Notes: a model not told the origin generated them from the letters alone. 64,000 nt of DNA from Gammaproteobacteria bacterium (GCA_028289815.1 JAPYNQ010000020.1:263-64262); one strand, 5' to 3'; counted from the stretch's first letter, positions 17,552-28,356 are shown. Translations and numbers: made by a program.

Positions 17552-18232
17552 TTACTTATAGAAAAACTGTATTTTAATTCCGGCTAATTCAATCAGGTCG
17601 TTATGATTTAATGTATATGGACCGGCACCTATATTTGCATTATTTACGGTGGGTGTACTATCGCCTTCAACATGAGTCAGTATATAGCCGTTCGGCCTCT
17701 TGGAAATAGAGGCAACTTGAACTCCCGGTTTGCCCAGACTGGTTAATGCCTTCATCAGGTTCATGCTGCAACCCGCATTAGGTCCGGACATGAGTTTCAG
17801 GCCGGCGGGCTTGGCTTCACCCTGATTTAACATAGCTTGCGCATTTTGCATACCCACATCCACCGCCTGCTGTTGGGCAGTCGTAGATAGTGCACTCGGT
17901 CTGATAATCATGGTTTTTTCCACATCGTCAGATACTGCCGCCTCTGCATTTTGATACAGTAGTTCGTGTTTACCGACTTTTATTGAGTCGCCATGTTGCA
18001 GAGCATGCTTTTGTATGAGTTTTCCGTTTACATAGGTACCATTAGTGCTGTTTAGATCTTCCAAAAATGAATCCTGGAGGATGGTGATAACTCTGGCATG
18101 CTGCCCACTTACTGCAAGATTTTCCACGGCAATGTCATTATTAGGCTTACGACCAATAGTAATTGATTCCTTATCGAGCGGGTACTCGCCTAGTGTCGAA
18201 GATCCGAATTTTAATATCAGCTTACCTGGCAT
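17552..18232 (-). CDS. FHA domain-containing protein (N-terminal FHA, C-terminal FHA-like)
   Basis: ITIGRKPNNDI, VSGQHA, LEDLNSTNGTYVNG. Confidence 0.93.
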   Translation of the reverse strand: MPGKLILKFGSSTLGEYPLDKESITIGRKPNNDIAVENLAVSGQHARVITILQDSFLEDLNSTNGTYVNGKLIQKHALQHGDSIKVGKHELLYQNAEAAVSDDVEKTMIIRPSALSTTAQQQAVDVGMQNAQAMLNQGEAKPAGLKLMSGPNAGCSMNLMKALTSLGKPGVQVASISKRPNGYILTHVEGDSTPTVNNANIGAGPYTLNHNDLIELAGIKIQFFYK

Positions 18233-19082
18233 TGTGACGCCTCATCATAAAATCATTAAACCAGTCAAATAAACAATCGTGCCATCTATTTTTTACCGCA
18301 AACACGCGCAGCGGCCTAGCAAGTACAACTGATATGTTGTCCTGGCCGCCAGCTTCGTTAGCGATGTCGACCAACTTTTCAGCAGCTATCTTAAGATTAG
18401 CACTAAACTCATTGAGAGTTAAGTAAATTTTTTCCTCAGAAACCATATCAGTGAGCCCGTCCGAGCAAAGTAAATAAATATCGTTTGTACGTACTGTCTG
18501 CTCATTGATCTCCACTTTAACCTGTTCTGACACCCCTAGGGCGCGTGTAATGAGGTTTTTGTTCCCATGGGCTTCGGCCTCTTCCACTGATTCATAAAAA
18601 CCATCGTCAATAAATTCCTGAATTAATGAGTGGTCTTTTGTGAGCTGCTTAAAGCGTTTACCCCTAAGCCTATACATTCGTGAATCGCCTACATGGGCTA
18701 TTGTCATGCGGTTATTATAAAATAGGCCAACGACTATTGTAGTACCCATGCCCTCACATTCGGGATTATCGCATGAGGCTTGATTGATAACAGTATTAGC
18801 CTGCTCTATGGCACTTTTAACTGCGGCAGATTCGACAGTGAAGCCTGTTCCCTCGTCTTTGATACCCGTATCAAGTTCAGGCAGCGCAGTGCGTAGCCGC
18901 TCACGAACAATGTTGGCAGCTATACCGCTGGCAATTTCACCTGCATTATGCCCTCCCATACCATCAGCAACCAGCACCATGCCGTGGGTGGAATCAGCGT
19001 CCACATTGTCTTCATTATGCTCTCGATTTCGCCCGGGATCCGTCAGCGCAGCTACTTCCAGGATATCTGATAAGTCCATCAT
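18222..19082 (-). CDS. PP2C-type Ser/Thr phosphatase (Stp1/IreP family)
   Basis: GRNREHNED, VADGMGGHNAGE, HVGDSRMY, LLCSDGL, GGQDNIS. Confidence 0.95.
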   Translation of the reverse strand: MMDLSDILEVAALTDPGRNREHNEDNVDADSTHGMVLVADGMGGHNAGEIASGIAANIVRERLRTALPELDTGIKDEGTGFTVESAAVKSAIEQANTVINQASCDNPECEGMGTTIVVGLFYNNRMTIAHVGDSRMYRLRGKRFKQLTKDHSLIQEFIDDGFYESVEEAEAHGNKNLITRALGVSEQVKVEINEQTVRTNDIYLLCSDGLTDMVSEEKIYLTLNEFSANLKIAAEKLVDIANEAGGQDNISVVLARPLRVFAVKNRWHDCLFDWFNDFMMRRHNAR

Positions 19083-19620
19083 GGGAGAACATGTTCCTGA
19101 TAATCAGTGATGTGTTCAATCTCATAGCCAGTGGTTTTTGCGCGACAACTTGCTAGCCCGTACATTATATTAGCCGGTTCAGTGTACCAACACACTGCCT
19201 CCCATTGACGGGCGGCCCGCGCCAGGGCGTCAGTTACTTGCGCAGCTGTTTTATCGGTGGCTGCCATAGACAAAGGCTCGTTTCTGGTTACGCAAACAGT
19301 CAAATCATCTTCCTTTAGCGGCTCCACGACGATACATGTAGATTCCATCTTACCACCAGCGTCATGGATTATAACAGGTATTCTGAATCACTTAGTGGTC
19401 AGCACCTTGATTAGCAGGATCCTCTCGAATTACTCAAAAATAAGAAAACGCCAAAACCTGTTGCGCAGAACCACAAAGGGCGTTGTACAGTGCCCAGAGT
19501 TTTCCGGGATACTGGCTATACAATAGAGTTGCTGCGCTTTGCGCTGGAGTCGCCCGCCACGGTTTTTTTGAGGTTCCCGCAATGCGATAACTGGTCTCTA
19601 GAATGCCTTCTTTATTATCC
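19079..19620 (-). pseudogene. Decayed Hanks-type Ser/Thr protein kinase
   Basis: Frame reads PVIIHDAGGKMESTCIVVEPLKEDDL...AAQVTDALARAARQWEAVCWYTEPANIMY, matching subdomains IV-VIb (IVTIYDAG..YIAMEYL.G.DL...AQVADALDYAH..VVHRDIKPANIM) with HRD lost; stops upstream; 5' limit approximate. Confidence 0.7.
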
Positions 19621-19772
19621 ATACACCGGTTCCAGATTCAATATGCAGTTCGCGAGGTTATCGAACATCTCATAAGACTACTCTGACTACTATCTCAAAA
19701 TGAGCTTGTAGAGAATTCTGGCTAAGTTAAGGGTTCTTATGATACACTGATGTATTGCTAGAATCAATACTA

Positions 19773-19970
19773 CGTATGAGTCCACCACAAACTGCACTTT
19801 AGTTATTATGGCTGATAATGTAGAGCACAGGTGTTTATTAATCCCAGTACTCTGTGCGGTCGAATACCGTTGTACCTGACCAGCCAATCGGCGAATTTTT
19901 CGTTAAATGCCTCCAGGTCAGTAAATAGCAGGTTCTCGTGGAAGTCCACGAATAATTCCTGGAGAATGTC
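19773..19970 (-). mobile_element. IS481-like integrase-core transposase C-terminal remnant
   Basis: ILQELFVDFHENLLFTDLEAFNEKFADWLVRYNGIRPHRVLGL then KCSLWWTHT at the element end. Confidence 0.7.
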
Positions 19971-20672
19971 GTCGCGAAACTTGGTGCCAGAGTATTAAGC
20001 AACGTATTTGAATAACAGCCACAAAGGAGGCGGTATTTTTGCATAGCGTGTCGCAATACCGCACCAGCGTTTCAAGTGCAAAAAAAGCATTCTCCACCAA
20101 GCGCCTCAAACGATACAGATAACGGTCATAGTCTCTCGCTGTTCTTTCGGTTCCACTTGAGCGGAACGACCGGTTCAATCCCTTGTTGGTCACAATAAAC
20201 CAGGATTTCATCGGTATCATAAACGCAGCCGGCTAATAGCATCTCGGCATCCATGCCCTCAATTAAGATCAAAGCCGAATACAATCTGTTGCGGTACTCG
20301 GAGTGTGGCAGACCATGCGCATCCAAGGCCAGATATGGCTTCGTGTTAAGCCCTCTTTTGTGCCATTCATCGCCGGATTACCACCTTTAGTTCCTGCCGC
20401 ATGGGCATGTGCTTTGATATGACTGGCATCGACCATCAGATACTCGTAATCCGGCTCCTTAATGGGCTGCTTAAGCAACCCCCCTCTCAGACTCTGTTAT
20501 CGTGCCAACGGCAAAAGCGCCGGTTATCGTGTGCGATATTGCCCCAGCTTCCTTTTCTGTCCGGCAGGTGGGGTTCTAATAAAGCCCAAGCATGATCGGA
20601 AATGTCGTGGCGATGATGAGAATCTGCCATTTGATTTCCCCAGTGAGTAGTGGTATAATGGACACTATCGTA
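19965..20672 (-). mobile_element. IS5-family (IS427-group-like) element, transposase pseudogene
   Basis: Fragments HRHDISDHAWALLEPHLP..DNRRF, YLMVDASHIKAHAHAAG, MDAHGLP, YDTDEI..GIEPVVP, YDRYLYRLRRLVENAF across several frames; end motif ATGGACACTATCGTA at 20658-20672. Confidence 0.85.
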
Positions 20673-20699
20673 CCTCACCGTAACGTATGACGACACTAT

Positions 20700-20895
20700 T
20701 TAGTACATTTGATAACCAGGTCAGTCTATTATCGGGGAGGCCGCAGTAGACATAGTGCCTGACAAGTGTTGATGGTTCCAGCCTGCAAAGCCGACCGGAA
20801 CCAGCTCGTTTGATGATACGCCACACGATACCATGCGCCGCGCCAGTGGATTGGCTGACTGCCCGATATATTAATGCGCCTGAAGCAGCAGACAA
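20700..20895 (-). mobile_element. IS481-family transposase fragment
   Basis: YRAVSQSTGAAHGIVWRIIKRAGSGRLCRLEPSTLVRHY resembles IS481 HTH-linker (STVGRILKRAGLNRL..LEP..PVRRYE). Confidence 0.55.
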
Positions 20896-21259
20896 ATCTT
20901 CTCCTGCCGCTGTGCATGGGTGTAATGACGACCTGAGGCTTACGAGGAGCGGTCTACCTAACCTTCACAGCGATACCGGGCCAGTATTACCCGCGGGTCG
21001 CAGGCGCTCTCGCCTCCGAAATTTGAGTAGCCTCTTCGACGTAGAGGTGCTTAATTCCAAAATGTGTTATGTCAATATCGCTCGACCTTCAGGTGTTAAT
21101 CAGGCATTCTTATGCCAGTTGATTCGGGACTCTCTTTCGCTGTTAAAGCTTTCATTCTTGATATTGCCGCATGAGAGCGAGGCGAGCAGCCTAGCGAAAA
21201 ATCGCAGATAGAGGTAGTTCCGGGCGATCTGCTCGTGTAAGAAGTTAAATAGAAACAAC

Positions 21260-22522
21260 ATGCGAACGCTTATACAGTGGTTGTCATATCAAAAACGGCT
21301 GCACCATAACGCTATTGATCTAGGCCTGGATCGTGTTGCTCAAATATGGACAAATCTATGTGGGAAAGATTTCGATTGCCCGGTTATCTTAGTCGGTGGA
21401 ACAAATGGTAAGGGTTCGACTATCCAATACTTACGCTCGGTTTATCAGACAGCAGGCTATGCTGTGGGCACATATACTTCGCCGCATATATTGAGATATA
21501 ATGAAAGAATCATACTCAATAATTGCGAAGTATCTGACCAGCAGCTCATAGACGCATTTGAAGCAATTGAGAGTGTCAGATCAGATATACCTCTCACTTA
21601 TTTTGAATATGGTACGTTAGCTGCGTTATGGTTATTTGCCCTCTCTAAGCCCGATGTTATACTGTTAGAAGTAGGTATGGGAGGTAGGTTGGATGCGGTC
21701 AATATCCTTGCGCATGACTTGGCCATTATTACTAACGTGTCACTTGATCATATGGAGTGGTTAGGTCACGATATTGATACGATAGCCTATGAAAAAGTCG
21801 GAATAGCACGAAAGGACAAGCCCCTGATATACGCGGAACAGGACGTCCCGAAGAGTATTGAGGACTACTGTGCAAAAATCGGAGCGAAGCTTGTTGTAAA
21901 CGGATATGATTACATACTTACGGAATCTGCGGATGGAAAGCTACAGTGGTTCCATGCTGGCGAAAAAATAGACGGAATACCATTACCGCAGATTGCAGGG
22001 CAGCACCAGATTCATAATATGGCAGCGGCCCTCTACGTATTTTGTTATTTTCGAAAAATACTGCCAGTTACAGATCATGATATTAGAGAGGCATTGTCGA
22101 GGGTTCGGCTGGCCGGACGATTTGATACTATAGCACATAGTCCTGAAATTATTGTGGATGTTGCCCATAATATAGCGGCTATCTGCGACTTCGTCGAGAA
22201 TGTTCGGCAGACAAATAGCGTTGGCAGAAAAATTGCTATTTTTGCTTTCCAGAAGACCCGGAATTGTCAGCCAATACTTGCAAAATGCACAGGGGTATTC
22301 GATAAGTGGTACGTTTGCCCATTACGGGAAACACCAAGTTATACCAGTCGGGAGCTATGTCAGATACTGCGTGGCACTGTCCCTGAGGTGGAGGTTGAGG
22401 AGAGTGTTTCGGTATCTGCAGCGTTGGTTCAAGCGATTTGTAAAACTGATCCGGCTGACGTTATTTTTGCATTCGGATCTTTTTATACTGTTTCCGAGGT
22501 TATGATGGAGCTCGGTGTATAA
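21260..22522 (+). CDS. folC: Bifunctional folylpolyglutamate synthase/dihydrofolate synthase
   Basis: VGGTNGKGST, YTSPHILRYNERI, LEVGMGGRLDAVN, DVAHN, FGSFYTV. Confidence 0.96.
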   Translation: MRTLIQWLSYQKRLHHNAIDLGLDRVAQIWTNLCGKDFDCPVILVGGTNGKGSTIQYLRSVYQTAGYAVGTYTSPHILRYNERIILNNCEVSDQQLIDAFEAIESVRSDIPLTYFEYGTLAALWLFALSKPDVILLEVGMGGRLDAVNILAHDLAIITNVSLDHMEWLGHDIDTIAYEKVGIARKDKPLIYAEQDVPKSIEDYCAKIGAKLVVNGYDYILTESADGKLQWFHAGEKIDGIPLPQIAGQHQIHNMAAALYVFCYFRKILPVTDHDIREALSRVRLAGRFDTIAHSPEIIVDVAHNIAAICDFVENVRQTNSVGRKIAIFAFQKTRNCQPILAKCTGVFDKWYVCPLRETPSYTSRELCQILRGTVPEVEVEESVSVSAALVQAICKTDPADVIFAFGSFYTVSEVMMELGV

Positions 22523-22529
22523 TAACCGT

Positions 22530-22553
22530 TATTGGCACTGATATTGGCACTGA
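22530..22553. repeat. Perfect 12-bp tandem duplication (TATTGGCACTGA x2)
   Basis: Directly visible between folC and dedD. Confidence 0.9.
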
Positions 22554-22574
22554 TGGTTGAAGGGGACAGGTAAA

Positions 22575-23312
22575 TTGGATGATCGACTAAAACGAAGGTT
22601 GGTAGGGGCGGCTGTTATTATCTCTTTGGGCATTATTTTTTTGCCTATTATCCTTGATGGTGACAAATATGCCGAGTTCAGGAAAGTTCATATCAAAATA
22701 CCGCCAGCCCCGGAGGTTGGTTATGCTTTAACTATTGAACCACCTGCTGGAGAAGTAAAACCTGAACTGCCGATAATTGCAAAACCATCGGCAGAAACAG
22801 CTATTTCCCGACCTCTCGAAAGAACTGCTTCTGCACGGCGTGATGGCATTGATCGGGAGCGCTCATTGCTGACCCCGCAGGCCGGGATTACAGTAGTTGA
22901 CACCTCTCAGCCAGCTAAAACCTCGGAAAAAGCCGCCCATAATAATGGCAAAAACCTGTCAGAAAAACCATTAGCAGCGAATACCCAATCTCTCGCGCCG
23001 AAATCTATTATCGCTTCTCAGTCCAAGCCGGTACCGCAGCCGGATCCTTCGGGAACAGAAAAGATGTCCTCACCAATAATGGCTTGGGTAATACAAGTCG
23101 GGAGCTTTTCCAGTCGAACCAATGCCCTGAAACTCAGAGACAAACTTAGAGACAAGGGATTTACCAGTTTTGTAGAGTCGTTTGAAAATACCGGAGAAGC
23201 CTCGCACCGAGTGCGTATAGGTCCGGAAGCCAGTCGCACTCGGGCCGAGGAATCGCTAAGCAGATTGAAAAACAAATTAGCAATGAATGGCATAATTGTT
23301 AGCTATCCGTAG
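22575..23312 (+). CDS. dedD: SPOR-domain cell division protein DedD
   Basis: LKRRLVGAAVIISLGIIFLPIILDG anchor; C-terminal WVIQVGSFS..NA...RVRIGP SPOR; position between folC and cvpA. Confidence 0.88.
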   Translation: MDDRLKRRLVGAAVIISLGIIFLPIILDGDKYAEFRKVHIKIPPAPEVGYALTIEPPAGEVKPELPIIAKPSAETAISRPLERTASARRDGIDRERSLLTPQAGITVVDTSQPAKTSEKAAHNNGKNLSEKPLAANTQSLAPKSIIASQSKPVPQPDPSGTEKMSSPIMAWVIQVGSFSSRTNALKLRDKLRDKGFTSFVESFENTGEASHRVRIGPEASRTRAEESLSRLKNKLAMNGIIVSYP

Positions 23313-23339
23313 TGGTATGGGACGCTATGAGATTTATTT

Positions 23340-23375
23340 GCTAGAATCCTGACTTTGGCTAGAATCCTGACTTTG
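23340..23375. repeat. Perfect 18-bp tandem duplication (GCTAGAATCCTGACTTTG x2)
   Basis: Directly visible upstream of cvpA. Confidence 0.9.
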
Positions 23376-23406
23376 AATTAACCAACTTTTATGGTGCTAT
23401 AGAATT

Positions 23407-23988
23407 ATGGAACTTAACTGGGCTGACTATGTTGTCATTGGCATTGTGGTACTCTCCGCCCTTGTTAGCCTGATCCGCGGCTTTATTAAGGAAGCAATCT
23501 CCTTGGCGACCTGGATAATAGCTGCTTGGGTGGCACTAAAGTACACCCCCCTTGTTGCTGGTATACTGACAGAAACTGTCGATACTCCTTCAATCAGAAT
23601 AGGAATTGCCGCACTGGTACTTTTTATCCCCATCCTGATAGTGGGTGCCTTAATGAACTATATTGTGGGACAGCTTGTTGAAAAAACCGGTTTTTCAGGT
23701 ACAGATAGAACTCTGGGCGCTGTTTTTGGTGTCATCAGGGGCGTTGTGGTCGTTGCATTGATCGTGATGTTGGCCGGTCTGACACCAATACCACAGGACC
23801 CTTGGTGGAAGGCGTCAACATTGTTACTGGTTTTTCAGGAAAAAATCACTGCTTACAAGGTGTATCTTCCTGAAGAGATTGCAGAAAATTTTGATTTTAC
23901 CCGTGGTACTGAATCAACTCAGAGAGAAGGTAGCCCGCTTCGACCCGCGGAACCTTCAATAAGTACCTACCCTTTAAATGACACTTAG
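23407..23988 (+). CDS. cvpA: CvpA (colicin V production) family membrane protein
   Basis: [36 protein letters not shown]; upstream of purF. Confidence 0.93.
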   Translation: MELNWADYVVIGIVVLSALVSLIRGFIKEAISLATWIIAAWVALKYTPLVAGILTETVDTPSIRIGIAALVLFIPILIVGALMNYIVGQLVEKTGFSGTDRTLGAVFGVIRGVVVVALIVMLAGLTPIPQDPWWKASTLLLVFQEKITAYKVYLPEEIAENFDFTRGTESTQREGSPLRPAEPSISTYPLNDT

Positions 23989-24010
23989 CAGCGAAGGTTG
24001 CCAGGAAACT

Positions 24011-25513
24011 ATGTGTGGGATTGTAGGTATTGTCAGCCATTCGACTGTTAACCAAAGCCTGTATGATGCTTTGACTATGCTTCAGCACCGAGGCCAGGAT
24101 GCCGCCGGCATTGTTACGGCGGATAGTGATCATATGTACTTACGTAAAGATAACGGCTTGGTTCGTGATGTTTTTCACGCACATCATATGCTGAAGCTAC
24201 CCGGAAACATGGGTATCGGACATGTTCGATACCCCACTGCGGGCTGTGACAGCTCAGCCGATGCACAGCCGTTTTACGTGAACTCCCCTTATGGCATAAC
24301 ACTCGCCCATAATGGCAATCTGACGAATGCTGGCGAGCTAAAGCGTGAACTGTTTATTGATGAGATGAGACACATCAATACGGATTCGGATTCAGAAATT
24401 CTCCTCAATGTATTTGCGCAGGAACTACAACGCATAGGCAAATTGAAAATCACACCCGCCGACATATTCAGGGCAGTGAAGGGTGTACACAAGCGCTGTA
24501 AAGGGGGATACGCTGTTGTAGCAATGATTATGGGGTATGGTGTACTTGGGTTTCGCGACCCTTATGGCATACGCCCGCTTTGTTACGGCAAACGGGACGT
24601 AAATGCCGGTACTGAATACATGATAGCGTCTGAAAATGTTGCTCTCCAGTCACTGGAATATGATCTGGTTGATGATATCTGCCCTGGTGAAGCCGTTTTT
24701 ATTGACGACACGGGTGTGCTATTTCGATGCCAGTGCCATGATGACCCACAGCTATATCCCTGCCTGTTTGAATATGTCTATCTTGCTCGTCCTGACACCA
24801 TTATTGATAAGGTGGCAGTGTATAAAGCCCGCTTGAGAATGGGAGAGGCACTGGCTGAAAAAATTTTGCGGGAATGGTTCGGTCATAATATTGATGTTGT
24901 GATACCTATCCCGGATACATCACGCACGGCGGCGCTGCCTCTGGCATACAAATTGGGCATAAAATACCGAGAGGGATTTATCAAGAACAGGTACATAGGC
25001 CGCACATTCATTATGCCCGGACAACAGCGTACAAAGTCGGTAAGGCAGAAATTGAACGTAATTGACCTTGAGTTTAAAGGCAAGAATGTTTTATTGGTAG
25101 ACGACTCCATCGTTCGAGGGACGACCTCAAGGCAGATCATCAATATGGCACGACAAGCGGGGGCCAGGAAGGTTTATTTTGCATCCGCTGCGCCGGCAGT
25201 CAGATATCCCAATGTTTACGGAATTGACATGCCAACGTCTGGCGAACTCGTGGCATATGGTCGTACTGATGATGAGGTCTGCGAATATATAGGTGCGGAC
25301 CGTCTGTTTTATCAGGACCTTGAAGATCTTAGGCGAGCTGTATTTAAAGGGAATTCAGATATCGCCGGATTTGAAGATTCTGTCTTTACTGGAAAATATC
25401 TGACTAACGAAGTCACTTCTGAGTATCTTAATAAGCTCGCAAAGCAACGTTGTGAGGTAGGCCGTCGAAATAACCAGACCGGCGAACCTATTGAAATTCA
25501 TAATGTCTCGTAG
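24011..25513 (+). CDS. purF: Amidophosphoribosyltransferase
   Basis: MCGIVG N-terminus, [32 protein letters not shown]. Confidence 0.98.
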   Translation: MCGIVGIVSHSTVNQSLYDALTMLQHRGQDAAGIVTADSDHMYLRKDNGLVRDVFHAHHMLKLPGNMGIGHVRYPTAGCDSSADAQPFYVNSPYGITLAHNGNLTNAGELKRELFIDEMRHINTDSDSEILLNVFAQELQRIGKLKITPADIFRAVKGVHKRCKGGYAVVAMIMGYGVLGFRDPYGIRPLCYGKRDVNAGTEYMIASENVALQSLEYDLVDDICPGEAVFIDDTGVLFRCQCHDDPQLYPCLFEYVYLARPDTIIDKVAVYKARLRMGEALAEKILREWFGHNIDVVIPIPDTSRTAALPLAYKLGIKYREGFIKNRYIGRTFIMPGQQRTKSVRQKLNVIDLEFKGKNVLLVDDSIVRGTTSRQIINMARQAGARKVYFASAAPAVRYPNVYGIDMPTSGELVAYGRTDDEVCEYIGADRLFYQDLEDLRRAVFKGNSDIAGFEDSVFTGKYLTNEVTSEYLNKLAKQRCEVGRRNNQTGEPIEIHNVS

Positions 25514-25524
25514 TATCGGTTCTG

Positions 25525-25543
25525 GCCTCACCAGTGGTGAGGC
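25525..25543 (+). terminator. Hairpin after purF (possible terminator)
   Basis: GCCTCACC-AGT-GGTGAGGC perfect 8-bp stem; no strong U-tract. Confidence 0.4.
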
Positions 25544-25742
25544 AGATTCTGGAAATTTCTGGTAACCCTGCTGATTAAGGTAGTCGACTACATTATCCTT
25601 TATGGTCCAGACAACAAGCTAGTACTGATATTTAGCAATGTCCGGCCTTGATGAGAATCGGCTATTGACCCTCGCCGATTTCAGTGTAATATGCTTGGCA
25701 GGGGTAATGCTACTACCTGATAAATGGATAGTGGAGGGAAAA

Positions 25743-26177
25743 ATGGACCATTTACTGAACCTATCGAAAGCCGCCAAGCTTGCCGGGGTTAGCCGTCGCA
25801 TTATCCAAGAGAAAATTCAGGATGGTTATCTGGAAGCCTTTGAAGGCCATGTCCGTATGTCTGCTTTGGTAAAGATCTACCCAGACGTTGACCTTGAGTC
25901 CTCTGCTATGCTGGAGAAAGTAGAGCGACTACAAAGCAACGCCATGAACAAATATAACTCTGGCGACATTAATAATGAACTGGTGTTGACCAATCAGGTA
26001 AACAGATTACAGGTAGAGCTGACTGATGTCCGGGCAGAGCTAGAGTCATATAAAATCCTCGCTAAAGAAATACAGGAAAGACTCGTTGCAATGAGAGAGG
26101 CATGTGAGAGAAAAGAGAGGCAAATGTTGCAAGCGTTATTGAAGTGGATGTCCATGCGACTTAAACAACATTTATGA
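25743..26177 (+). CDS. Excisionase/MerR-like HTH plus coiled-coil hypothetical protein
   Basis: LLNLSKAAKLAGVSRRIIQEKIQDGYL HTH; heptad-rich C-terminus; GGAGGG RBS before ATG 25743. Confidence 0.7.
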   Translation: MDHLLNLSKAAKLAGVSRRIIQEKIQDGYLEAFEGHVRMSALVKIYPDVDLESSAMLEKVERLQSNAMNKYNSGDINNELVLTNQVNRLQVELTDVRAELESYKILAKEIQERLVAMREACERKERQMLQALLKWMSMRLKQHL

Positions 26178-26244
26178 ATAAAATAATAGCTGTTATCCAT
26201 TATGATTCAAGCCTGTCAAGCGAAGGTTTTCTTTTTTTTGGCTG

Positions 26245-26907
26245 ATGGAAGAGATTTCGCGTCTTATTGATACGTTAAGACCACTCTTGCCGGAACGTTG
26301 TGTAATATCCGGCGGCCCGATCTCAAACCGGGTATCGGATATAAGTCGAACTGAGCTAGCTTTGGTTAGATCAGCTGCTATAAGGCGTCAGCGTGAATTT
26401 GCCTGCGGTCGATACTATGCTCACCAGGTATTGCAAATCCTGGGGCAGGATTTTCCCGTAATAGACCGAAATAAGGACGGTAGTCCTCAATGGCCACCTA
26501 ATATAGTTGGCAGTATAAGTCATACTGGTACTTACTGTATTGTTGCTGCAGGGACCGCAGCTGATATTGTTTCTATGGGTATTGATTTGGAGGAGAGCAG
26601 GCGCCTGAACCCTGATCTATGGTCTCGGCTGTTTACTTCATGTGAGCTTAAGGCGATAAATGATACCAATGATCCGGCTGGGCAGAGACGACGAGCTGCT
26701 GCCATTTTCAGTGCTAAAGAAGCCTTTTACAAATGTGATTTTCCACTAAAAAAGTATACCGGATTTCGTAATATTGAAATCAGTCTGAAAAAAAATAACA
26801 ATCTAAAATTTTTCCACGTCGAGAGTAATGCTGCGATTTGCTACGAGGGCTTTTATTGTTCGGGACTAAATTATGTACTAACGATAGTAATAAAAGCACA
26901 GATATAA
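26245..26907 (+). CDS. 4'-phosphopantetheinyl transferase (EntD/Sfp type)
   Basis: RRQREFACGR, GSPQWPPNIVGSISHT, MGIDLE, IFSAKEAFYK. Confidence 0.9.
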   Translation: MEEISRLIDTLRPLLPERCVISGGPISNRVSDISRTELALVRSAAIRRQREFACGRYYAHQVLQILGQDFPVIDRNKDGSPQWPPNIVGSISHTGTYCIVAAGTAADIVSMGIDLEESRRLNPDLWSRLFTSCELKAINDTNDPAGQRRRAAAIFSAKEAFYKCDFPLKKYTGFRNIEISLKKNNNLKFFHVESNAAICYEGFYCSGLNYVLTIVIKAQI

Positions 26908-26976
26908 AAACCATAATTGAAGAGCGATCAATTTATACTTGCAATATCAAAGCAGAGTCGAAACAGCATATCAATC

Positions 26977-27420
26977 ATGATCCATAACCTCCCTGTTGGT
27001 TGGCAGGAATGGGTTTCACGACCCAAGGTGAATCTTGGTACCATTAAAACCAAAGTGGACACTGGTGCCAATACCTGTGCATTACATGCCTATTATGTTG
27101 ATCCTTATAAGGAAGCTGGTGACAGCTGGATACGCTTTGGTATCCACCCCCTATCAGGGCGATCTTGAAACTGCCGTGGAGTGTTACGCACGGCTAGCTG
27201 ACAGGCGTAGGGCGACTGACTCAGGCGGTCATACCGAGATGCGCTTTGTCACTAAGTACATCTATTAATTTGGCTGGCCATCAGTTTGAAACAGAAATTA
27301 CCCTGACTAATAGAGATACCGTGCGATTCCGAATGTTGTTGGGTCGCAACTTGCTCAATAATAACTTCATAGTTGACCAGCCCGATCTTTCTTGCTTAAG
27401 ACTAAGCCGAATAGCATTAG
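26977..27420 (+). pseudogene. RimK-associated retropepsin-like (ATP-dependent Zn protease family) pseudogene
   Basis: VGWQEWV..IKTKVDTGANTCALHA; TDSGGHTEMR; EITLTNRDTVRFRMLLGR split over three frames. Confidence 0.85.
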
Positions 27421-27443
27421 TCGAAATCTTTAGAATCAGAACA

Positions 27444-28356
27444 GTGAAAATAGCAATCCTATCAAGAAATAAAAAACTCTAATCGACGTGTTGGCGCAGG
27501 CAAGTGAAGAGCGTGGTCATGAAGCACATATTATTGAATTGATACTCTCAGGTGTTACATGGACGTTAATTCTACTACTAAGCCGGCGATGTGGTACCGA
27601 GGTGAAAAATTGGAAGGCTTTGATGCGGTAGTTCCCCGTATTGGTGCCTCAATAACTAACTATGGTATGGCAGTTATTCGTCAATTTGAAATGATGGATG
27701 TTTATTGTCTGACTGAATCTGTGGTTTTAGGACGCTAGCGAGATAAGTTACGAGCCCTACAGTTGCTATCTCGGAGCGAGATTGGCATGCCCATCACCGG
27801 ATTTGCCCATAACTTAGACAGCACCAGAGACTGATCAAATTGGCTGATGGACCTCCCTTGGTGGTAAAGCTCTTGCAGAGAACTCAGGGGTGTGGTGTTG
27901 TGTTGGCAGAGACGGCCAAAGCTGCGGAAAGTGTTATTGATGCATTTTGGAAGCTGAAAGCAGATTTCCTGGTTCAGGAATTTACTAAAAGAGTCGGTGG
28001 TAACGATGTCCGCCGTTTGGTTATTGGCAGCAGGGTAACTGCTGCAATGGAGCGTACCGCCGAAGCCGGCGAATTTCGTTCGAACCTGCATAGGGGGTAG
28101 TGCTGAGTTAACTAAGCTAACATCTATTGGGCGGAGAACGGCAATTAAGGCATTGCAAAAGCTGGGCTTAAAGGTATCTGGTATAGATATTTTGCGATCG
28201 GATCGTAGTCCCTTGGTTATAGAGGTGAGCTCTTCGTCTGGTTTGGAAAGCATCGAAACAGTAGCAAGAAAAATGCGGCTGACGCTATCATTGAATACAT
28301 TGAGGCTAATGCGAAATCCAACCGGACGCGCACCGAAGGAAAAGATTGATATCTAA
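27444..28356 (+). pseudogene. rimK: RimK alpha-L-glutamate ligase pseudogene
   Basis: [80 protein letters not shown]; many stops and frameshifts. Confidence 0.9.

Noticed and set aside
22530-23375. CRISPR array from the short direct repeats
   Set aside because: Only two adjacent copies each, no spacers and no cas genes.
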